Below are positions 8,247 through 17,373 of a stretch of 58,364 nucleotides of DNA, in pieces (position 1 is the stretch's first letter; each line of letters begins with the position of its first letter). A program made the position numbers and the translations under genes. The DNA is from Marine Group II euryarchaeote MED-G34 (lineage in GTDB: Archaea; Thermoplasmatota; Poseidoniia; Poseidoniales; Thalassarchaeaceae), in contig NTJT01000005.1 of NCBI GenBank assembly GCA_002457605.1, positions 1-58,364 of the forward strand, in the 5' to 3' direction. A model generated the notes under the pieces. It ran no database searches. It was not told the DNA's origin and worked only from the letters and a program-made list of their open reading frames with translations.

Positions 8247-10240
8247 GCGCTCAGTATCAGTCGCTTGCGAATACCATTCCACCCAGAAAGAGAAGTATTC
8301 AGCGAATGCTCAGAGCCGCTTCGGAATATGCCTGAATCGGCATCGTTTCGAAGTCGGATTTCGACCTCGCCGACTCCAATAATCTCGGCAATAACAGTGC
8401 TTCCGCCCCTATAAGCATCATCCACACCTATTCCGAAGGTGCGTTCGGGGGCGGTTGTGATCTTTATGGAAACGTTGTGGGATTGTCCCTCGACGGAGTC
8501 AGCGAGTCTTCTCTGATCTGAAAGCATCCTAGCTTCGGAAAATGCAGCAACGAGGTCAGAGAGACTATCGGGAGTAGTTGCAACATTTGCGTCGGCCAGA
8601 GGTGCTGTGGCTGGTGCAGCGACTTCTGGAGTCTCAATCCTGCTACGAGAAGGGGGAGCCCTCCTACGTGTGCCAACTTCGACTCTATCTGGAACAGATA
8701 CTCTATCAGAGTTGGTGACGCGGTGAACGTCGTGCCAACTTGAACCGCGTTGTTCGCGAACGTCGACCTGTTCAGGGATGTCAACTTGATCAGGGATGTC
8801 AACTTGATCAGGGATGTCAACTTGATCAGGGGCCTCGATATGGCGCTCCTCGTGCCATGTATCGTGGCTGTCATACACTCCATCTGAAGGCGCGGGAGGC
8901 GTTACTTCTACGTACTCTTCCTCAACTGGTTTTTCCTCTGCGTTTTCCTGCACACCAGCAGCGACTACACCGGCAACACCCACTGCAGCTGCTCCAGCAG
9001 CGACGACCTCGGGGCTTGGCATTCTCGAGATGATTTGTTCCTGCATAGAGTTGGCACGAATTCTCCAAATTCTTCGGGCGGCGGATTGTACGGAGAAAGG
9101 CAGTTTATCGATCTCCTTATTGACCTCCGAATCAGCAATTGCTCTTGCCTGTTCGACCGACATATTTCCCTCATTGATGGATTGCCCCATATTGGACGCC
9201 AACTCGATGAAATTTTCTGTTACCATATCAAATTCTGATTTATCTGTCTCAGAATCTGGAAGAGGAGTTAGGGGCGTTTCATGGCCTACGACCTTGAACG
9301 GTACGTAGGCTAACTCGCGCCCATTGTTGTCCGTGTCATGGAGCCTCAAAGTCCACTCTCCCAGTCCCGGGCTGGGCATAGAGAATGCACCGCTGGTCTT
9401 GCCACTCAGGTACTCGAAGCTGGTATCGTGCTGGTCGTTGACCGCCTCATCGCCATGAGGGACCTCTGCCGGTACTATCCCTATCCAGGCGTCATCCGGA
9501 AGTTCGGGCGAGGTGAAGGAGAAAACTATCGATTCATCTCTCTCAAACGAAGACCGTGACAGAGAGATTTTGATTTGTTCATCGCCGGGGGGTTTTGTAG
9601 CGACTCTGGAAGCGGTATCATCGGCAGTTGTTTCGTTCGATTCACCAGCAACGGAGATGGTGATCTTTCCCACTCCGACCCATCTTCTGGTTCCCGTGGG
9701 TAGTGATCCATCACCCTTTGGTCGCGACCAGCCACCTCTGTACCAGTCATTGCTGCCGTCCTGCTCTCTGTCGTCGAGACTCCACGAGGGTGCGCCACCA
9801 CTGTTGGCGTTGTAGAAGTAAAGGCGATTTCCCCCGGCGCCGTAGATCTTGTACCAAGTCTTACCGTTAATCTGAATATCCTGTGGACCGTACTCTCCGT
9901 TGTAGGATTCGTTGGGATGGCCGGAGATTGAAACGCCTCCTCCAGAAGGAATAGTTTCAGTCGGGCCCCCGTCCATCATGGCCAAAATCTCAGAGAGATC
10001 TACCGAGCCGTCTGAATTGGTATCAAGGGCCCCGAACACTGCTCCCAATATAGCCGCAGGTGCCTGCTGGCCGGTAATCGACTCGAGTGCATTCGTGAAC
10101 TCGTTCTCGGAAAGATTGCCGTTACCATCTAAGTCGTATTTTGAGAACAAGGCCTCCGCGCTTATGCCCCTCTTACGGAGAACTTCCTGCAGATTCTTGA
10201 TTGCTACGGCCTCAATAGTTCCTCGGGCGCCCTCCATCAT
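8240..10240 (-). CDS. Multidomain EF-hand protein (EF-hand pair, Ig-like domain, hexapeptide repeats, possible C-terminal OB-like domain)
   Basis: EF loops DLDGNGNLSENE and DTNSDGSVDLSE; DAWIGIVP...GEWTLRL beta-sandwich; (DIPDQV)n repeat. Confidence 0.75.
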   Translation of the reverse strand: MMEGARGTIEAVAIKNLQEVLRKRGISAEALFSKYDLDGNGNLSENEFTNALESITGQQAPAAILGAVFGALDTNSDGSVDLSEILAMMDGGPTETIPSGGGVSISGHPNESYNGEYGPQDIQINGKTWYKIYGAGGNRLYFYNANSGGAPSWSLDDREQDGSNDWYRGGWSRPKGDGSLPTGTRRWVGVGKITISVAGESNETTADDTASRVATKPPGDEQIKISLSRSSFERDESIVFSFTSPELPDDAWIGIVPAEVPHGDEAVNDQHDTSFEYLSGKTSGAFSMPSPGLGEWTLRLHDTDNNGRELAYVPFKVVGHETPLTPLPDSETDKSEFDMVTENFIELASNMGQSINEGNMSVEQARAIADSEVNKEIDKLPFSVQSAARRIWRIRANSMQEQIISRMPSPEVVAAGAAAVGVAGVVAAGVQENAEEKPVEEEYVEVTPPAPSDGVYDSHDTWHEERHIEAPDQVDIPDQVDIPDQVDIPEQVDVREQRGSSWHDVHRVTNSDRVSVPDRVEVGTRRRAPPSRSRIETPEVAAPATAPLADANVATTPDSLSDLVAAFSEARMLSDQRRLADSVEGQSHNVSIKITTAPERTFGIGVDDAYRGGSTVIAEIIGVGEVEIRLRNDADSGIFRSGSEHSLNTSLSGWNGIRKRLILSAQ
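8773..8831. repeat. 18-bp perfect tandem repeat, about 3.3 copies, in-frame coding VNTR
   Basis: CAGGGATGTCAACTTGAT at 8773, 8791 and 8809 plus partial CAGGG; encodes PDQVDI repeats on the minus strand. Confidence 0.95.
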
Positions 10241-10305
10241 GGCCCGTGAAAAGGGCGAACAGCAATGAGGATTTGCCCGGCGGGCCCCTCTGCTTTTCGT
10301 GTAAA

Positions 10306-11457
10306 TCACACGAATGGTGGCCTTCTAATGCTCGCCTTGACCCTTTTTCGCGGGCTCGACTGTATCCAGACCTCCTGACCGAGACTAGATAGCTGCAGGT
10401 ATGCCATCGCAATTCCTGTTCGCCCCAGACTCGGTGAGGGGCCTCCACTGGTGACATAGCCGAGTATGCTCGCACCCTCTTCATCAGCCGAGAGCACCGC
10501 GTGACCTGGTCTTGGCGAGGGACCCCTCTCCAAGCACTCTAGCCCATGCCACTTAGCTCCAGACTTGAGTGATTCGATTACACGATGCTTTCCGACAAAG
10601 TCATGCTCAGTGTCGAGACCGTACGGCACCGCAGTCTCCCCAGTGTCCCTGGCTAGGAAGCCATCGGGCAGATTGGCCTCCGGTTCGACGCCAAGGCCGG
10701 GCCAGAGAAAATCCTGACCAGATAGCAAGTAGCCCTTCTCGAGACGCAGGGTGTCCCTAGCACCTAGTCCGACCGGAACCAGTCCCAAATCGGCGCCTGC
10801 TTCGAGTAAAGCAGCCCAGAGACGTGGTGCGTCAGTGTTGCTCAGAAAGATCTCGACCCCCGGCTCTCCAGTGTATCCGGTACCTTGTATCCATCCAGAG
10901 ATTTCGAGTTCGTTGCTGGCTATTTCTTGGCATCGGAATCTGCCAATAGTATTGGCCTCACCAAGCACCTCTCTGAGCACGGAGGTTGACGATGGGCCTT
11001 GCAGGGCAAGTATACTAGTCTCATCCGAAATATCATCGATTGTAATCGAGTCGTCGTCTGGAAGAAGTGAAGAAAACCAATCAAGCATTACTTCGACCAT
11101 TGAGGCATTAGGAACTCCAAGGACTTCGTTCTCAGACTTCACTGCGAAAATCATGTCGTCGATGATATACCCATCGTAATCAAGGAAGTGGGTGTATCCA
11201 CACCTGCCACTTGCGAAGTTCAAATACTCTTGAGTCGAAATGCTGCTCAGCCATGAAAGAACACCGTCGCCAGAGAACCGGAGGAAGCCCATGTGGGACA
11301 CGTCGAACAAGCCGGCGCCAGCCCTCGTCGCTAGATGCTCATCCTGAATCGAAGAGTACCAGATTGGCAGTTCGAAACCATGGAATTCAACCATCTTCGC
11401 ACCTGCATCGAGATGGGCCTCGTACAGCGCTGTCCTGGTCAGCCCGTCTTCAGACAC
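10306..11457 (-). CDS. gcvT: Glycine cleavage system aminomethyltransferase T
   Basis: GLFDVSHMG, ALQGP, TGYTGEPGVEI, GLGARDTLRLEKG, GYVTSG; GTG start inferred. Confidence 0.95.
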   Translation of the reverse strand: MSEDGLTRTALYEAHLDAGAKMVEFHGFELPIWYSSIQDEHLATRAGAGLFDVSHMGFLRFSGDGVLSWLSSISTQEYLNFASGRCGYTHFLDYDGYIIDDMIFAVKSENEVLGVPNASMVEVMLDWFSSLLPDDDSITIDDISDETSILALQGPSSTSVLREVLGEANTIGRFRCQEIASNELEISGWIQGTGYTGEPGVEIFLSNTDAPRLWAALLEAGADLGLVPVGLGARDTLRLEKGYLLSGQDFLWPGLGVEPEANLPDGFLARDTGETAVPYGLDTEHDFVGKHRVIESLKSGAKWHGLECLERGPSPRPGHAVLSADEEGASILGYVTSGGPSPSLGRTGIAMAYLQLSSLGQEVWIQSSPRKRVKASIRRPPFV

Positions 11458-11558
11458 ATGTCGAAGGGGGGTCGAGGGGTGCAAGAAGTTACGGGAAAGC
11501 GGTCCCCCATGAAGAGACTTGCAAGTGGAGAGAGAACAATGAGCACCGAACACGAAGG

Positions 11559-11568
11559 CTTAAATAAT
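11559..11568 (+). promoter_or_regulatory. Candidate archaeal TATA box in the divergent gcvT/tfb intergenic region
   Basis: AT-rich CTTAAATAAT preceded by purine-rich ACGAAGG, about 35-40 nt upstream of the ATG at 11602. Confidence 0.45.
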
Positions 11569-11601
11569 AAGGACCCTACTATACAACTGCGAGTTGAGAA
11601 G

Positions 11602-12615
11602 ATGGAACGAGACACTGCTAGGCAGGCCGGCGAATCTGAGCGTGCTTCACAGAAGCGAAGCCGTACAAAGCCGATTCGCCCTGCACGACGCCCATCTAAG
11701 GAGCGTAGCACGGAATCTATGGCAGGCCCTTGCCGAGTGTGCGGGGCTAATTCATGGGACACCGACGACATCAGGGGCGAGACCTCTTGCTCAGAGTGCG
11801 GCTATGTTGCAGCCGAGAATATGATCGACCCTGGAGCAGAGTGGATTAACCACTCTGACGGCGACGACAGGAGTCGTGTGGGCGCACCTACAACACTTAC
11901 CTTGTCCGACAAGGGACTTTCTACCGAGATTCGTCGCTCGGATCTCACTGCAGGCGGTGCCAAGCGACATGGTATGTCCGGCAAGGCACTGCGTGAATGG
12001 AGGCGTCGACAGCGTATAGACCAGCGTAGTAAGACTCGTGACAGCCGCAGCCGCAATCTCTCGAAGGCAATGCAATTTATTCGCGACCGCGGAGATTTGC
12101 CGTCTCAGATAGAACAAGAGGCGGCTTCTCTATACAGGCACTCAGTCGAACGCGGTCTTGTCACCGGACGTAGTATCCGTGGCGTTTCCGCAGCCTGCGT
12201 CTACATCGCCGCAAGGGAGGCCAAGATACCCCGTAAGATAGAGGATGTTGCAGAGGCCTTCGACATGATCAAGGCGGTCGAAGAAAAGGAGCTCAAGCGA
12301 ACCATCAGACTAGTTGCCAGGATGCTAGGCACGCACCACATCACTGGGCCGGAGGAGTACTTTGAGAAGTTCCATTCAGACCTCGGCCTGCCGCCTCACG
12401 TTCTAGGTGACGTCAGAAGCCTTTGGGACTCCGTCAAGGACAATCTAGACTGGCAGGGTAAGAAGCCCTCAGGCATCGCCGGAGTAATCATCTACAAGGC
12501 TTCACAGGAAAGCTCCTCACCAAGGACTCAAAGCGAAGTCTGCAAGGTCTCGGGAATCAGTGAGGTAACCCTCAGGGGCCTACTGAAGATATTGGCTCAA
12601 CTAACTACAGAGTAG
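11602..12615 (+). CDS. tfb: Transcription initiation factor IIB (divergent paralog)
   Basis: Zn ribbon CRVCG...CSECG, IDPGAEW, RSRVGAP, DKGLST, two cyclin repeats (GRS..GVSAACVYIAAR; GKKPSGIAG). Start may instead be 11719. Confidence 0.92.
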   Translation: MERDTARQAGESERASQKRSRTKPIRPARRPSKERSTESMAGPCRVCGANSWDTDDIRGETSCSECGYVAAENMIDPGAEWINHSDGDDRSRVGAPTTLTLSDKGLSTEIRRSDLTAGGAKRHGMSGKALREWRRRQRIDQRSKTRDSRSRNLSKAMQFIRDRGDLPSQIEQEAASLYRHSVERGLVTGRSIRGVSAACVYIAAREAKIPRKIEDVAEAFDMIKAVEEKELKRTIRLVARMLGTHHITGPEEYFEKFHSDLGLPPHVLGDVRSLWDSVKDNLDWQGKKPSGIAGVIIYKASQESSSPRTQSEVCKVSGISEVTLRGLLKILAQLTTE

Positions 12616-12648
12616 ACACATTGAATGCCTGAACCCCATAGCTGAGGC

Positions 12649-12813
12649 GTGCCTCTAACACCGATAGAAGAATTGGGTGTAGTTGTAGCTGACGGACTTG
12701 AGGAGCAGTTTGCAGAGAGAAGTTGGTGGAATTCACTCAAGGTCATTCTTTTCTACGGGCCGGCAGTTCTGGTTGCGATATACCTAATTGGCTTCGTATT
12801 GGGTATTTTCTGA
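12649..12813 (+). CDS. Small membrane protein (54 aa), absent from the ORF track
   Basis: GTG after GAGG: MPLTPIEELGVVVADGLEEQFAERSWWNSLKVILFYGPAVLVAIYLIGFVLGIF*; C-terminal TM helix; fills the tfb-tRNA gap and is followed by a T-tract. Confidence 0.7.
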   Translation: MPLTPIEELGVVVADGLEEQFAERSWWNSLKVILFYGPAVLVAIYLIGFVLGIF

Positions 12814-12821
12814 TTTTTATT

Positions 12822-12898
12822 TGGTGGACGCTGGGGGATTTGAACCCCCGGCCACCTGGTTGCAAACCAGGTGCTCTTCCAAGCTGAGCTAAGCGCCC
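12822..12898 (-). tRNA. tRNA-Ala(TGC)
   Basis: Reverse complement GGGCGCTTAGCTCAG...CCTGG-TTTGCAA-CCAGG...GGTTCAAATCC...AGCGTCCACCA; G3:U70 identity pair, encoded CCA. Confidence 0.96.
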
Positions 12899-12948
12899 TT
12901 GGCAGTTCGAATCGGCTGGAGTTCTTGAGTGCGACCGTCGTCCGAGAC

Positions 12949-13542
12949 TCACTCGTCATCGGTTGAGCCCATCAGCCTAGGCAGGAGGATTACTATCCCT
13001 GCCAATGAAGTCATCAGGACCAGTGCGAGGAGGTCGTTGTCCCCTGACTGCTCCCCTTCAGGCCCGATCGGAAGATTGTCCAGTACCATGTGTTGGTCTA
13101 CAGAGAAACTGACGGTGAAGGCAAACTCGACCATGGACTGGTTGTGCTCGATTTGATGCAACATCGAGATATTACCGGGCAGCAGGCCGTTCGATGGGTC
13201 GAGCAATACCAGCTCGGTCACCTCGCAATCGGGATCTGCCCTGTCACCGGTCTCGTTCAGCTCGCACGAGGGGGAGAGCCAGGCCGTGGCCATGTCATCC
13301 ACGCCCTCGAACACCCCGTCCCCATCGGCATCGATTAGTACTCTGTGAATAGCCTCTGCGCGGCTGTCAACATTGTAGAAAAACAGCGAGTCTGTGGAGA
13401 CCAAAACACCTGAAGAAACTCCGTCTGGAGTCACGCCATCCTCCTTTAGAAGCATGGTGTACTCCTTGGTGTCGTGAGCAGTGGCCGGGGTGGCCAGCAG
13501 TAGTAGTGACAGCCCGACTGTCAACATACAGACTCCACGCAC
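12949..13542 (-). CDS. Exported, C-terminally anchored small beta-protein with mature N-terminal His (cupredoxin/CopC-like, putative Cu-binding)
   Basis: Signal peptide ...ATPATA|HDTK; DSLFFYNVD...HRV; DADGDG loop; Cys pair; VDQH; C-terminal TM. Paralog of 17366-17923. Confidence 0.65.
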   Translation of the reverse strand: MRGVCMLTVGLSLLLLATPATAHDTKEYTMLLKEDGVTPDGVSSGVLVSTDSLFFYNVDSRAEAIHRVLIDADGDGVFEGVDDMATAWLSPSCELNETGDRADPDCEVTELVLLDPSNGLLPGNISMLHQIEHNQSMVEFAFTVSFSVDQHMVLDNLPIGPEGEQSGDNDLLALVLMTSLAGIVILLPRLMGSTDDE

Positions 13543-13597
13543 GCCCCGCCGTAGCGGGGCGATGGCTTCAACATGACCGGCAGGCTCGCGACGACCA

Positions 13598-15343
13598 GTG
13601 GATTCGCAACGCACCATTCTGGCCATCGGACTTGCTGTCTGCGTAGTAGCAGCTGCAACTGCTGTGATGATGATGTCAGACGTGGCAGATGATGGCGGTG
13701 AGAGTTCTGACATGATGCTCGATCCACTGATGCAGGAAGAGGATCATGACCACAGGAATGCAAGCCAACACATGATGTACACCGATAATATCCAGCCTGT
13801 CTCATTCAACGAACTGACAGCCCCGGGTAACGCCGAAATTCAGGTCGCAGAATCTCCTGATGGCAAGACCTACGCCTACATCGCCGGATGGACTGAGATG
13901 CATATCGTCGATGTCACCGATCCCTCAAACACCACGGTTACTGGCGTGTACTATGACCCGAATACACAAGTCCTTGATGTCAAGTACCTCGAGTACAACG
14001 GACGAGAGTACGTCATAGTGCAGAACCAGATAGTTGACCCAGGGGCTGCGGATCCAAATGTGGGCAACTGGGAGGACCCTGCACAAGTCACTGTTACCCT
14101 AGTGGATGTCACCGACAAGACTGATCCTAGTTTCGTTGATGCGTGGTACGACGTCGACCACCCAAGTGGGCCGCACAACCTCTACGCTCACATGATAGAC
14201 AACGAGTGGTACATCTTCGTCGCCAACCCTGACTACGAATCCTGTGACGTTGGCCAAGGTGATGCTTGCGGAGGCATCACTGTTGCCCACCTGAACTTCG
14301 CTGGCTACGGCGACCTGCCGCGAATTGTCAAGGTAGGTGAGGCTGAAGTAAGTTGGGAGTCTACTCTGGGCGGTTGGATATACATCCATGACATGACCGT
14401 GCAGACCTGGCCGGGAGAAGATTCCAACGACCCGCGCTTCGGTAGAACCTACGTCTACGGAGCTTACTGGGAGGCCGGCCTGAGGATCTTCGACGTCTCT
14501 GATGTCCCACACCCCAACAAAGATCTCGTCGAGTACATGTGGCACGGATCACTATGCAGACTCTCAGGAGGCACACAGGCTGGTTGTACTTGGAGAGCTC
14601 CAGAAGTAGGGCAGTGGATGGAGTTTGAGGACTTCGACGGCGACGGCGAGATTGACTGCGGCTGCACTGGCAACGAAAACGGCGGCCGGGCGTCCTACAT
14701 ACACTACGCCGAGCCGATTGACGACATGGTCGACGCCTCGCACCTCGGATATCCTCCGGGCAAGATGCACCTGACCATTCTCGCTACTGAGGTCCTTGAG
14801 ACCACTGTTGGCACCGGCATGGCCTATTTGCTTGACACGACTCCGTATGAGGAGGTAAACGGAAACGTTCGCTTCATGCCTCAACTAATCCATGGATGGG
14901 AGAACCCGTTCGCACTCGATCACCACATCCCTGGGGGAGAGGAGTGGTTGCTATTCAGTCCCCATAATGCCGACACTCAGATCTTCCAGACCGGATTGCC
15001 TGGATTGCCCGATAACAGCCATGGTGGAGCTTGGGACGGTAGAATCTACCTCAGTAGCTACCATGCGGGGCTCTGGGTTATGGATATCGAGACGTTGATG
15101 GCAAAGGGACTTGAGGACGGTAACAAGTCCGATGTTCACATGTCTGCGACCGTTGGCTACCACCTGTCTCACGGAGCTGACGGCGAGCCGTTAGATAGCG
15201 CGTACTACGACTTCGGATGGACTCCATTCATCTGGGCCGCTGAGTACCACAAAGGCTACACTTACCTGTCATGCATCACCACGGGACTTTACATCGTTCA
15301 ACTGGACATTGACCGGCCATACGGCATTCCATTGGACCAATAA
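13598..15343 (+). CDS. Membrane-anchored LVIVD-repeat / choice-of-anchor-B-like beta-propeller, His-rich
   Basis: N-terminal TM; blades MHIVDVTDP, TLVDVTDK, YWEAGLRIFDVSD, YHAGLWVMD, TGLYIVQ; His motifs GPHN, YIHD, YIHY, SPHN. Confidence 0.78.
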   Translation: MDSQRTILAIGLAVCVVAAATAVMMMSDVADDGGESSDMMLDPLMQEEDHDHRNASQHMMYTDNIQPVSFNELTAPGNAEIQVAESPDGKTYAYIAGWTEMHIVDVTDPSNTTVTGVYYDPNTQVLDVKYLEYNGREYVIVQNQIVDPGAADPNVGNWEDPAQVTVTLVDVTDKTDPSFVDAWYDVDHPSGPHNLYAHMIDNEWYIFVANPDYESCDVGQGDACGGITVAHLNFAGYGDLPRIVKVGEAEVSWESTLGGWIYIHDMTVQTWPGEDSNDPRFGRTYVYGAYWEAGLRIFDVSDVPHPNKDLVEYMWHGSLCRLSGGTQAGCTWRAPEVGQWMEFEDFDGDGEIDCGCTGNENGGRASYIHYAEPIDDMVDASHLGYPPGKMHLTILATEVLETTVGTGMAYLLDTTPYEEVNGNVRFMPQLIHGWENPFALDHHIPGGEEWLLFSPHNADTQIFQTGLPGLPDNSHGGAWDGRIYLSSYHAGLWVMDIETLMAKGLEDGNKSDVHMSATVGYHLSHGADGEPLDSAYYDFGWTPFIWAAEYHKGYTYLSCITTGLYIVQLDIDRPYGIPLDQ

Positions 15344-15420
15344 CGCCCAAGCGCGTAGCGCTCGGGCGACCGGTGCATTGAACAACCGGCCGTATTCGTC
15401 GGCGATTGCGAGGCTTGCCC

Positions 15421-17373
15421 ATGTCCGGACTGAGAAACACTCCGATGTTGATGATGGTCGCGCTGATGGTGCTAGCGCCACTGTCTGGATGCCTCTCATT
15501 CATCACCGGAGACGATTCGGTCGATGATGGATACACTTGGGTCGACCCTGTAATCGAGATTGAGGACGCCAATCACTCGCACAACGACTTGTTGGCCCAC
15601 AGACTGTATACTCCTAATGCCAATCTGATAGACTATCACAATCTCAACTGCGATGGCGAGGTCAAACCTCCTGCAGACTTGGATAACACGGCCGGTCGAC
15701 CTTGCTATCCAGAATGGAAGAACGTCGCGCCAACTCCCGGAGACAACTCGGAGATAGCCATCGAGGGCAACTTCCTCGAGGACTGCGAGATCTACGCTGA
15801 CGGTAGTGGCGGTTGCTACGCTTATGTCTCTAGTTACAATCAGTTTGAGATTCTCGACATCAGCAGCCCTAACAACATACAATTGCTCTCAACATACTAC
15901 GCAGAGATTGCCCGGATGATAGACATCAAAGTCACTCCCGACAACAACTGGGTGCTGGTGAACCATGAGCTTACCAACAGCGAGCTCGACCCAATACCTA
16001 ACGACGACGACGCCAATAGTGGGACGAATCGCCTCGACGTCATCTATGTAGGAGACAAAACCAGTCCAATCAAGGTCGCTGAGTGGAACAATCCTCCGGC
16101 CGGCTTCCACAATCAGGATGTACACGTCTATTGCGACTGGGATCCTGCCAATCCACTGTGGTCCGGAGAGGAGTGTCACCTATTCCTGTTCGGTGCTGAC
16201 CCCTATCCAGAAATGGTTGCAGGCGGAGGTCCTGTCAAAGGCACTCAGGTATTCTACGTCCCTCTTGGATTTGAATCATGGAATCCAACTTCTAATGACG
16301 AGCAGCAAAACTCGAGTCGTGAGATTCTCCGTTGGGGAGCCTATACTCCCGAAGGACAGACCACCTGCGGCGGCTCGGTTTTCAATCATGACCACGTCTT
16401 CTTCGTCCACCCTGTGACCAAGCAGAAACTTCTGATTGCATCTTACTGGGATGCTGGTCTGAGGATTGTGGACGTCACTGAACCACCGCAAGTGGCTGAC
16501 GCGATGGGTATTACTTGGCCACAGGAGATAGGTCGGTGGTTGGGGTGCTCATCTGATGACAGCGGATGGTACGGTCCTGACGGAGGAGGTCATGCCGACA
16601 TGTCCGCCGAAGAGTGGCTCGACGCTGGCCAGGGCAACGGCAACATCCACTATGCAATTCCGTTCAAGAATCTGGTCTGCGATGGTATCAGCGAATATGA
16701 TCCTATGTCAGAATGGCCTGCCAGCTGTGGAACCGGGCCCGAAGATGCGAGCTATGGTCAGAACTGGAGGCATTACACAATCATCGCCCCTGAGTACGGC
16801 TCCAACGACAATCATACAGGATACCTATGGACTATTGATACGACCGATCCGACCAAGCCGTTCCTCGTTTCCAAATGGAGGCTTCCGGGCCAAGGCATGC
16901 TTGCCAACGGTAGCAGCCATCCTCAGCACTACATCCCTGGCGGCTACATCTACAGCCCGCACAATGGTGACGTCGGTCTCAACGGTCACGCCTATTGGAC
17001 TCACTATCATGCAGGTGCTTGGGTAACTGATCATGGTCATTCATGGGACGAGTTGGTCTGGGAGAACGGCTACCCTGAGCCTGATCGAGGATACACGGCG
17101 ATAGTTGAACTCGCCCCCACTCATACAATCGGATACTACCTTCCTTCAGGGCCCGAATGGACTGACAACGCGAGTGAGTCGATGGGGTATGACATGGCCG
17201 ACTGCTGGGCATCATGTATGATACCGTTCGACTGGGGCCTCCAATACGATCCCCGGGGGTTCGTTCTAATCTCAGAGATGGTCAGTGGAATCTACGTCGT
17301 GCAGTTCGACGAGGACTACGACCCTCGCTACAACTACCCGGCCCTCTGGCAGGCCGAGGCGAGTGATGACTGA
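15421..17373 (+). CDS. Lipoprotein LVIVD-repeat beta-propeller, paralog of 13598-15343
   Basis: Lipobox LSGC; FEILDISSP, YWDAGLRIVDVTEP, WTIDTTDPTKP, YHAGAWVTD; His motifs GFHN, FNHD, NIHY, SPHN. Confidence 0.78.
   Translation: MSGLRNTPMLMMVALMVLAPLSGCLSFITGDDSVDDGYTWVDPVIEIEDANHSHNDLLAHRLYTPNANLIDYHNLNCDGEVKPPADLDNTAGRPCYPEWKNVAPTPGDNSEIAIEGNFLEDCEIYADGSGGCYAYVSSYNQFEILDISSPNNIQLLSTYYAEIARMIDIKVTPDNNWVLVNHELTNSELDPIPNDDDANSGTNRLDVIYVGDKTSPIKVAEWNNPPAGFHNQDVHVYCDWDPANPLWSGEECHLFLFGADPYPEMVAGGGPVKGTQVFYVPLGFESWNPTSNDEQQNSSREILRWGAYTPEGQTTCGGSVFNHDHVFFVHPVTKQKLLIASYWDAGLRIVDVTEPPQVADAMGITWPQEIGRWLGCSSDDSGWYGPDGGGHADMSAEEWLDAGQGNGNIHYAIPFKNLVCDGISEYDPMSEWPASCGTGPEDASYGQNWRHYTIIAPEYGSNDNHTGYLWTIDTTDPTKPFLVSKWRLPGQGMLANGSSHPQHYIPGGYIYSPHNGDVGLNGHAYWTHYHAGAWVTDHGHSWDELVWENGYPEPDRGYTAIVELAPTHTIGYYLPSGPEWTDNASESMGYDMADCWASCMIPFDWGLQYDPRGFVLISEMVSGIYVVQFDEDYDPRYNYPALWQAEASDD

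Noticed and set aside
8773-8831. Possible CRISPR array
   Set aside because: The 18-bp units are contiguous with no spacers, in frame within a CDS, and no cas operon is present.
11335-11601. Long N-terminal extensions of TFB and GcvT in the ORF track
   Set aside because: They would overlap head-to-head across a region holding a TATA-like element; downstream starts fit the family lengths.
12743-12959. ORFs spanning tRNA-Ala, and the extension of the ThiS-like ORF to 56000 across tRNA-Ser
   Set aside because: They overlap well-formed tRNA genes; the real ThiS-like start is 55859.
13598-17373. Direct assignment as nitrous-oxide reductase or methanethiol oxidase
   Set aside because: No CuA domain, nos accessory genes or MauG, and no recognisable MtoX sequence motifs; only the architectural analogy is supported.
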